8,961 bases of DNA from Octopus sinensis. Its lineage: Eukaryota. The stretch lies in the NCBI RefSeq assembly GCF_006345805.1, contig NW_021828123.1, positions 1 to 8,961 on the forward strand, written 5' to 3'. The position numbers and the translations under genes are program-made. The notes beneath the pieces are model-generated. The model did no database searches and was not told where the DNA came from. It worked only from the letters and a program-made list of their open reading frames with translations. Below are positions 1 through 7,895 of this stretch, in pieces (within the stretch, counting starts at the first letter, position 1; every line of letters starts with the position of its first letter).

Positions 1-772
1 TCAGGTCCCTTGATTAAAGCTGTCGTGGATGGAGATACTCTCGTTACTTTAAAGGTTCTTAACAGTGGTGCTATCTTGTATAATGATCTAGTTCAGCATT
101 CATATTGGCTATCATTAGTTTGATGGGCTTAATTATATTTGCGCCAAACGGCTGCTCAAGTTTACCGAGAAATAATGTCAGTACAAGCTGCGAAGAGGCA
201 AATAAAGCTTGAGGAACAGCCTCAAATCTATATTGCTTGGAGAATGCGAAGCTGCAAGCCTGGAAACTTTATGTTCTATGATTGAGAATATGGAAAGTGT
301 AATTAGGCAGAGGCGCTGGGAAGTCTGGTTCCTCAAAGAACGCGAGTAGTGAAACAGTTACAATCAAGTACAGATTTTAATAAGCCATCTGCTCACATCA
401 AACCGAACATTCTGTTATAGATCTCTTTAATGGGATAAGAAATATAAAATTTCGGTACAGTACCAATCTCTCCAAAAGATTCTGAACAACTTCTAGAAAC
501 CCGTTTAACCATCTCCAAACATTTACATTCTTGCATCACATAGCTATAAATCACAGAGCACAAATGGTCTGGAGTAAAGAGCTTGCAAGAACGTAAGAGA
601 AAACTGGTGAACCAACGCACAACATTTTAACGACAGTTATAAGAGATCTCGATACAGGTTGCGGTTTCAAAGCGACGAAAATATTTTGACAAATTAAGTT
701 TAAATGTCGAAGTAAATCTAACGGTTTTTGTGCGTTTTCAAATGGCTTATAAACATATATATACAACCTGCA

Positions 773-776
<4 letters not shown>

Positions 777-854
<78 letters not shown>
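777..854. repeat. (TA)n microsatellite, lightly interrupted
   Basis: Direct reading: ~78 bp of TA dinucleotide with two small interruptions. Confidence 0.97.
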
Positions 855-860
<6 letters not shown>

Positions 861-869
861 GTTATCCCG

Positions 870-1125
870 TGGTGTGTGTCTGAGTGTATGTGTATTTGTT
901 TGGTGTCCGTGCGTCTTTCTGTCTCTGTTTCTCCCTGACGTACTATCCCACTTGGTTTCCGCTGTTGGTTTATTTACGTCCTGGTAGCATAGCGTTTCGG
1001 CAAAACTGAACGACAGAATATGTACCTGACATGAAGAAAAATTGGTGTCACTTTATTCGCGTAAAATCCTTAAAAGCAGTGCTCCAGCTTGGCCGCAGTT
1101 CAATGACTGAATCAACTAAAAGGCA
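870..1125 (+). mobile_element. SINE family B, 3' body/tail without tRNA head
   Basis: 1082-1107 (ctccagcttggccgcagttcaatgac) matches the reverse complement of 3688-3713 at 23/26, and tggccgcagt recurs at 7252. The body (tttacgtcc...agcgtttcggcaaaa...gacagaata) resembles a recalled octopus SINE in which it follows an internal TA/GT microsatellite. Confidence 0.75.
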
Positions 1126-1132
1126 AAAAAAT

Positions 1133-1282
1133 GCAACTACATTATCCAAGAATGTCTTTTATTATCAGAATGGCAGCAGAACGGTGGCTTTTGAGGGAGA
1201 TTTGACTGACATTTCTAGCAGATGGTGTAAACCACATCAGCGCCACCCTTCACCTTGAACCGCAAAATTGAAGGGAGATTTG
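1133..1282. repeat. Probable fragment of another interspersed repeat, with an internal 11-bp direct repeat
   Basis: agggagatttg occurs at 1194-1204 and 1272-1282 (seen). The stretch ctacattatccaa...ttgagggagatttg...atttctagca resembles a recalled octopus repeat (unverified). Confidence 0.35.
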
Positions 1283-1441
1283 GCGGGACAGGAACGGCAG
1301 CATTTAGAGTCGGAACCGATAATTGAGAGATTCAAAGAGGCTGAGGAATGCCACGGAAGGAACAGGTTGAGGAAATTTGCTACTTCAACCACTGTCCCTC
1401 CCTCCCCCCATCAATAATTAATAAATAGTGGTGACGTCAAT

Positions 1442-1462
1442 GGGGCGGGGGGTGGGTGCGGG
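1442..1462 (+). other. Canonical G-quadruplex motif
   Basis: GGGG-C-GGGGGG-T-GGG-TGC-GGG fits the four G3+ runs with 1-7 nt loops pattern. Folding is not shown. Confidence 0.6.
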
Positions 1463-1486
1463 TGAGGAGAACAAAGGGCTCCTTGA

Positions 1487-1813
1487 ATGATGGCGATGAT
1501 GATGATGATGGTGATGATGATGATGATGAGGTGATGATGGATGGTGGTGGTGGTGGTGGTGGTGTGGTAACCATGACGACGCTGGTGCATGTAATGAGGA
1601 TGCTGATAACGACTGTGATAATGTTGGCGACATTGATCACGCCGCCGCCGCCGCTGCCACCGTTGCCGCCACCACCGTCACCGCCGCCGCCCACGACGAC
1701 GATGAGGGCGATAATGTTAACGACTGTGATGACGGTGTTGCTGATCGTTATGATAATGATGATGATGATGATGATGTTGATGATGGTGGTGATGGTGGTG
1801 GTGGTGATGATGG

Positions 1814-1851
<38 letters not shown>

Positions 1852-1936
1852 GTGATGGTGATGATGATGATGATGATGATGACGATGATGATGATGATGT
1901 TGATGATGGTGGTGATGGTGGTGGTGGTGATGATGG

Positions 1937-1977
<41 letters not shown>

Positions 1978-2089
1978 GTGATGGTGATGATAATGATAAT
2001 GATGGTGGTGATGATGAGGATGACAGTCTTGATGATGATGATGATGATGTTGATGATGGTGGTGGTGGTGGTGGTGGTGGTGATGATGG

Positions 2090-2145
<56 letters not shown>

Positions 2146-2347
2146 TGGTGATGGTGATGGTGGTGGTGGTGGTTGTGGTGGTGATGATGATGATGATGAT
2201 GATGATGTCGATGATGATGATGTCGATGATGATAATGATGGTGGTGATGGTGATGGTGATGATGATAATGATGATGATGATGGTGATGGTGATGATGATG
2301 ATGATAATAATAATGGTGATGGTGATGGTGATGGTGATGATGATGAT
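1487..2347. repeat. Compound trinucleotide array (GAT/GGT)n with a C-rich (GCC/ACC) segment at ~1641-1692
   Basis: Direct reading. It accounts for the poly-M/V, poly-H, poly-S and poly-P ORFs. Confidence 0.97.
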
Positions 2348-2423
2348 TGTCTGTAGTCTAGATGCAACTTATGATTATTATGCCGAGAACAAGAATTTTC
2401 ATAATGTGAAAAATATGACGAGG

Positions 2424-2551
2424 CGTGAGGGGAGGGGCGTGGAGGCAAGGCGGGGACGTAAAGGCGAGGGGGATTGCCGTGTCGGCGGTGGGGCGGGGGT
2501 GGTGGTCTTGTGGAGACGGTGATGATGGCGACGGTGATGGTGACGATGATT
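2424..2551. repeat. G-rich low-complexity tract ending in a short GAT/GGT/GAC repeat
   Basis: Several G4-G5 runs, then gatgatggcgacggtgatggtgacgatgat. Confidence 0.75.
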
Positions 2552-2590
2552 GTTTCAACATTAGGACAATTTGTCTTTCTGAATTCAAAT

Positions 2591-2880
2591 TATATGTGTC
2601 TGTGTGTGCGTACACACATACATATATATATATATATATACGTACATTCATACACACACACACAAACACACACACAGACACACAGACACACACACACGTA
2701 TATAAATGTATATATATACATACATATACATTTATATATATAGATATATATGTATATATTTACATATATATATATACTTATATATTTACAAATATATATA
2801 TATATATGTACGTACGTACGTACGTATGTATGTATGTATGTATGTATAGCACGCAATTACACCCACACATACACACGTGC
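2591..2880. repeat. Mixed TA/CA/TACG/TATG microsatellite
   Basis: Direct reading. Confidence 0.95.
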
Positions 2881-3005
2881 ACATATTTGATTCCTCGCTT
2901 CCACCCGAAACACATCACAGACTCACACATACCCTACGCTAGTTTCCGCAAGTCGAAATACATACACAACACACAAATAACCCTAACACATGTAAGCCCT
3001 ACCCT

Positions 3006-3066
3006 TATAAAAAAAAACAAAGAAACAAAACAAAAAAACAAATGGAAGAAAGAAACAAAAAAAAAA
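3006..3066. repeat. A-rich low-complexity tract
   Basis: A-runs punctuated by C or G. Confidence 0.85.
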
Positions 3067-3132
3067 TATTAGATTAGATGAAATCGTGCTGGTATGTGAA
3101 GGAAAACATAAGTAACAAAATAGAAAAAGCAA

Positions 3133-3161
3133 AATAATAATAATAATAATATTAATATAAT

Positions 3162-3219
<58 letters not shown>

Positions 3220-3350
3220 GTAATAATAATAATAATAATAAAATAATAACTAATAATAATAATAATAATAATCATAATAATAATATAATAGTAATAATAC
3301 ATAATAATAATATAATAATAATAAATAAATAAATAAATGAATAAAATGTA
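3133..3350. repeat. (AAT)n microsatellite, degenerate toward the 3' end
   Basis: Direct reading. Confidence 0.96.
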
Positions 3351-3498
3351 AAATAACAAAAATTCAAATAACGAATTATTATTTCATTCAACTTATTTTT
3401 AAACAGACTTTTCTATTCACAAACAAATTTGAAATGTTTTTCGCTCGTTGTTGAAATGTCACCAGTTAATTTTAAGTGTATATCGCATCATATTTTCC

Positions 3499-3536
<38 letters not shown>
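3499..3536. repeat. Poly-A run followed by (TA)n
   Basis: A-run at 3499-3514, then TA repeats to 3536. Confidence 0.95.
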
Positions 3537-3668
3537 GGCGTTTTTTGTATTGTGAATGCGTTTGAGGGAGTGTTGGCTTCTCTGGTTCCCTAATATGAAT
3601 GCATTCCTAATTAAATACATTACCAGCGTGTTGAGATTCATTTTCTGAAATCGGTTATCTTTAATCTG

Positions 3669-3753
3669 TATTCCTTTATTCGTTTCTGTCAATGGACTGC
3701 GGCCATGCTGGAGTAGCGCCTCTGTATGGGGGTTCAGTTGAACAAATTGAGTC
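3669..3753 (-). mobile_element. SINE family B, 3' tail fragment
   Basis: gtcaatggactgcggccatgctggag (3688-3713) is the reverse complement of the tail motif at 1082-1107 (23/26). Confidence 0.7.
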
Positions 3754-3760
3754 TATATAG

Positions 3761-3921
3761 GGGTGGGCATGGTTGTGTGGTACGACGATTGTTTCCTAAA
3801 CATGTAGATCCGTGTTCAGTCCCTTTGCGTGGATGTGTCTTTGGCAAGCGTCTTCTATTATAGCCCCGGGTTGACCAACGCCTTACGAGTGGACTTAGTT
3901 GATGGCAACTGAAAGGAGCCC

Positions 3922-3923
<2 letters not shown>
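3761..3923 (+). mobile_element. SINE family B, tRNA-derived head, running into (TA)n at 3926-3959 with no tail
   Basis: A-box-like tggttgtgtgg (3770-3780) and B-box-like gttcagtcc (3814-3822). Homologous in inverted orientation to 5144-5290. Confidence 0.8.

Positions 3924-3925
<2 letters not shown>

Positions 3926-3959
<34 letters not shown>
3926..3959. repeat. (TA)17 microsatellite
   Basis: Direct reading. Confidence 0.97.
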
Positions 3960-3962
<3 letters not shown>

Positions 3963-4133
3963 GTGTATATTTAAAGGGCTAAAAAACAACTAGGTGGTCA
4001 GCCGTATGCTAGAAGTAGATCAACTACGATCAAACTAAAAGGAAAAGAATGTTCTCTAGAGGAAAATTCAGCGGACACCAGAACAATATGCGGGCAAGAC
4101 TGATGAAAATTATATAAAAAAAAACAGAATTAC

Positions 4134-4208
4134 TCACAGACCGGCGGTTTCGCCTATTAACGAATCAATCACTTATGTAATCTCTCGTCCTTAGGCTCGT
4201 CAGTGCGA
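4134..4208 (-). ncRNA. Type I hammerhead ribozyme fold
   Basis: Minus strand reads UCGCA-CUGACGA-GCCUA-[35 nt]-UAGGC-GAAA-CCGCCGG-UC-UGUGA. Stem I UCGCA/UGUGA (5 bp, one G-U), stem II GCCUA/UAGGC (5 bp), short stem III ACC/GGU, GUC cleavage triplet at 4141-4139. Confidence 0.78.
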
Positions 4209-4475
4209 TCGTTCCACAGGTAATGTAATTTGTAAAATTAGCCACCACTTTTCCGTATAAAAACTGACACGTGCTCAGTTTCACCGATTACATTAGGGTT
4301 AATTTCAAATGTCTTAGTTCTGGCGTGCTAAAATTCCGGAAACAAAATCTGCAGTTAATATTATATATTGCTAAACCTCGCTAAGATAAATATTTCAATT
4401 AACCTGAAGATTGACTGTAACCATAACTCGAATTATGACGAATTGTACAGCCATGAACGATCGTAGTGTTTTACT

Positions 4476-4719
4476 CTTTATCTTTTATTAACTTTTTAAT
4501 ACTTTAATTTATTTAAAATAATTTAAATTAATTAATTTTATGTATTGGCTTATGTTTTTCATTGTTTGATTTGCCTAATAGTGGTTTTATCTCTAATTTA
4601 ATATAATATAATATATTTTACTATAAAATTGGATTTAATCCTAAATCCTATTTTTCCCTGTAAGTTTGGATTTATTCCCAAATATTTTATAATTATATAT
4701 ATATCAATGTTTTTCGATA

Positions 4720-4720
<1 letters not shown>
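4476..4720. repeat. Very AT-rich low-complexity stretch
   Basis: Direct reading. Confidence 0.7.
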
Positions 4721-4805
<85 letters not shown>

Positions 4806-4882
4806 CCTATCTCTATATATCTATCTGTGTTTCTGCACACACACATACACACACACATAGATACACACACACACACACACAC
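4721..4882. repeat. Perfect (ATCT)21 (GATA-type) at 4721-4804, followed by (CA)n at 4836-4882
   Basis: Direct count. Confidence 0.97.
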
Positions 4883-5143
4883 TTGATATTTAAGATTTGT
4901 GAACCTTGAACCTGCCCATGAACCAATAAATAATATAAGAACCTCTGAATATGTTCTGTCCAATACTCCTTTACCCAATATTTACAACGTAGTATTTAAA
5001 GTTTTCCCGCCAGCTTCGAGATTCACTGTTCCACAAAATACTTCACGTTTCTCCAAAACGTCTCAACCCTTACAAAGTCAACCCTTACATACATATATAA
5101 ACACATACACACACAGTCGCGCGCATGCACACACATACATATA

Positions 5144-5290
5144 CGACGTGCTTCTTTCTGGCTATGTCCACAAATCCATTCCTAAGCCTGAGGTGATAGT
5201 TACAAGACACCCAAGCCACCACGCACTAGGACTGAACTCGGAACCATACGATTGAAAACGAAAGCTTCTTACCACGCAGCCACGCCCGTG
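5144..5290 (-). mobile_element. SINE family B, tRNA-derived head, running into the CA/TA tract at ~5087-5143 with no tail
   Basis: Minus strand: gggcgtggctgcgtggtaagaagc...ggttccgagttcagtcctagtgcgtgg...gaaagaagcacgtcg, with A-box-like and B-box-like motifs. Colinear with 3761-3923 apart from an internal deletion. Confidence 0.8.
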
Positions 5291-5762
5291 ATCGGGTCTA
5301 ATACACAGCAAATCGATATCGTTCAATATCAATATCTTTACTGCACTAACCGCTTCTACATTACATTAAGATCTGGTGTCCGCCATCTGGAATTTTCCGG
5401 TCCAGTGGATGTTTGAGATGAAAGACGTGTAGACAAATTTGAACATGGCGATACATTTTGACAAGTATTTATACTGGATATCTGTTTGAAATCTGATATA
5501 ATTGATAATGATTATCTCTCGCAATGTATAGAATTCGAAAATTCTCTTGCTGCTTCTTGGAGTCTTCGTGAAATGTCAAAGTAATTACCATCGCGATTAT
5601 TATTGCATAAGGAACGTACAAGAGCGAAGATACTGCCCTTGTCACATTTCCATACATGCGCTCTCTCTCTACCGAAGCTGGACTCAGTATTACGGTTAGA
5701 ATCTAAATATTGTATGAAGCAGTTGTACATTGACTGTATATTACTATCTAACAGCAACGAAA

Positions 5763-5771
5763 ACGATGATG

Positions 5772-5808
<37 letters not shown>

Positions 5809-5849
5809 TAATAATAATAATAATAATAATAAATAATAATAATAATAAT
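5763..5849. repeat. (AAT)n; reads as the (ATT)n tail of the adjacent minus-strand SINE
   Basis: Directly abuts the 3' end of the element at 5850-6057. Confidence 0.93.
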
Positions 5850-6057
5850 TTTTTCTTCTCTTGGCACATGGCCCGAAATATTTGGTGAGGGTGCCAATTG
5901 ATTAGATCGACACCAGTACGCAACTGGTTCTTAATTTATCGACCTCGAAGGGATGAAAGGTAAAGTCGACCTCGGCGGAATTTGAACTCAGAACGTAAAG
6001 ACAGACGAAATACTGGTAAGCATTTCGCCCGACGTGCTGAACGTTTCTGCCAGCTCG
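5850..6057 (-). mobile_element. SINE family A, near full length
   Basis: Its reverse complement shares gtatttcgtctgtcttta(c/t)gttctgagttcaaattccgccgaggtcgactt (one mismatch) and further colinear similarity with 8814-8953. B-box-like gagttcaaattcc present. Confidence 0.88.
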
Positions 6058-6072
6058 AATAATAATAATGAC

Positions 6073-6144
<72 letters not shown>
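6058..6144. repeat. (AAT)n microsatellite
   Basis: Direct reading. Confidence 0.97.
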
Positions 6145-6145
<1 letters not shown>

Positions 6146-6687
6146 GCCCTGAGCAGTACCAGGCAGTAGCTCTCATGGCTTCTGATCTTAACTGATTGGA
6201 AGTGTTATCATGTACATTGTTTTGTCTTGGTATAAAAGATGGGCTACAGCAAATATTCTGCTCAATACCACAGATTTGCTTGTCAGTTGTTTGACCTTAA
6301 CCAGTTGAGCATGTCCCTTAGTGGCTGACGATATGTGCATCTCTGATCACGAGCAGAAGTAGTGGGGGAGCATCATAGCCATGTGTTGAGAGGGATTCTT
6401 TGAGGTTTGGATAATTCACCTCTGGAAACATGGGTGTTTCGTTCAACATCCTTAAACAACCCTTATTTAGGGATAGGTTACTCGACCAGAAGAACATACT
6501 AACTGGGCCCCACCTGTAAGGTCATGCGCTGTTTATCTTGATATGAAATCACCATGTTGCGCACATATGGTTGTGATGCATGTGCCTGGTGTACCCTTAT
6601 CAGACAGGTAGTCATGATGGGTATATTGATGGGCTTCGTATATTTTACCCCAGTGTTACTTTGATGGCATACATTGCTCTCTCACTC
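6145..6687. mobile_element. ~543 bp non-coding interspersed element between two (AAT)n tracts (non-autonomous retroelement or LINE UTR)
   Basis: Sharp boundaries against AAT repeats on both sides and no meaningful ORF. The sequence resembles a recalled high-copy octopus repeat (unverified). Orientation not established. Confidence 0.65.
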
Positions 6688-7088
6688 AATAACAATAATA
6701 ATAATAATAATAGTAATAATAATAATGATAACAATAATAATAATAATAATAAGAAGAAGAAGAAGAAGAAGAAAAAGGAAAAAATAAGTAGAAGAAGAAG
6801 TAGATATGAAGAAGAAGAAGAAAAAGGAAAAAATAAGTAGAAGAAGAAGTAGATATGAAGAAGAAGAAGAAGAAGAAGTAGAAGAAGAAGAAGAAAAAAA
6901 GAAAGAGAAGAAGAAGAAGAAGAAGCAGAAGAAGAAGAAGAAGAAGAAGAAGAAGAAAAGAAGAAGAAGAAGAAGATGGAAGAAGGCAAAAGAAGAATGC
7001 AAAGGAAAAGAAAGTAAAGAAAGAAGGAAGAAGGCGAAGAAGAAGAAAGAAGAAGAAGGAGAAGAAAAAGAAGAAGAAGAAGCTGAAG
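6688..7088. repeat. (AAT)n at 6688-6750 switching to (AAG)n at 6751-7088, with an exact 49-bp tandem duplication
   Basis: 6759-6807 is identical to 6808-6856. Confidence 0.96.
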
Positions 7089-7177
7089 AAATATAACCTA
7101 ACCAGAAAGATGAAGAGATTGTGGAAGACAAAGCGGCGTTTATTGCTGTGGTAATTGGTGTGCATGGCACAACACTG
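7089..7177 (+). pseudogene. Decayed fragment resembling the restriction-like endonuclease C-terminus of an R4/Dong-type non-LTR retrotransposon
   Basis: Frame +3 KYNLTRKMKRLWKTK (7089-7133), then after a 1-bp shift frame +2 AAFIAVVIGVHGTT. Compare the recalled motif KYxDLxxExxRLW-x(5-6)-PVVIGALGT. Confidence 0.5.
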
Positions 7178-7207
7178 TATCTGCTATCAGCGTTCAGAAT
7201 ATGTAAC

Positions 7208-7293
7208 GGGCACTTGCTCGAATAAAACCGTTGCAAAGTGGTGCCACCTTGTGGCCGCAGTCCAATAATTGAAGCAAGGAAAAGTGAGAAGAG
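7208..7293 (+). mobile_element. SINE family B, diverged 3' tail fragment
   Basis: ggtgcc...tggccgcagtccaataattgaagcaag is colinear with the tail at 1077-1121. Confidence 0.6.
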
Positions 7294-7333
7294 GAATGGT
7301 ATTTTATCAGTTGCAGTTTACTTTCCACCAGAA

Positions 7334-7895
7334 ACGCACGCATGCATATATGTGTGTGCGCGCGTGTGTGTGTGCGTGTGTGTGAGTGTGTGTGTGAGTG
7401 TATATATCTGTGTGTACGTGTACACATGTATATATATACATGTATATATATACATATATTTATGTGCTTATATATATGTATATGTATATATATGTATGTG
7501 CGTCTATTTATATATGTATAAATATATACATACATATATATATATATACATACACACATATATGTTGACATATATGTGTGTAGTATACACACACATACAC
7601 TCATATATATATGTGTGTGTGTGTATATGTATATATTATATAGATATATATATATATATATATATATCAGCATATGTATATGTGTATATACACAGTTATA
7701 TCTATCATCTTTTAAGAAATACAAACCACCGCCTAACGATGTTGTGACTTCGTTTAGAGTAAACACACTCACATATACATACATACATACATACGTACAT
7801 GCATATATGTGTGTGTGTTCATATACATATATATATTATATATGTGTTTGTGTATATATACTTATGTATATATTTGTATGTATATGTTTGACTGT
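7334..7895. repeat. Long mixed GT/TA/CA dinucleotide field with a short non-repetitive interruption at ~7705-7765
   Basis: Direct reading. Confidence 0.95.

Noticed and set aside
1418-2522. Poly-His, poly-Met/Val, poly-Ser and poly-Pro ORFs
   Set aside because: They are translations of the GAT/GGT array, which has stops in only one of six frames.
2358-3359. YI/HT/VC-rich and poly-Ile ORFs
   Set aside because: Translations of dinucleotide and AAT microsatellites.
3992-4020. gtggtc...tgctagaa similarity to the reverse complement of 1210-1237
   Set aside because: The match is too short to claim shared origin without a consensus alignment.
4100-4130. CTGATGA on the plus strand as a second hammerhead
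   Set aside because: No stem II or correctly placed GAAA follows. Other CTGANGA words (near 1341, 4404, 6325, 7083 and 8771) also lack the fold.
4230-4385. GIY-YIG-like words on the minus strand upstream of the ribozyme (GLAIYNINCRFC and IGET)
   Set aside because: They are in different frames, the spacing is too long compared with Penelope endonucleases, and there is no room for the rest of the domain. Likely chance.
6145-6200. HDV-like ribozyme at the end of the AAT-flanked element
   Set aside because: Only a simple tgcc(c)tg/caggca hairpin was found; I could not build the nested double pseudoknot.
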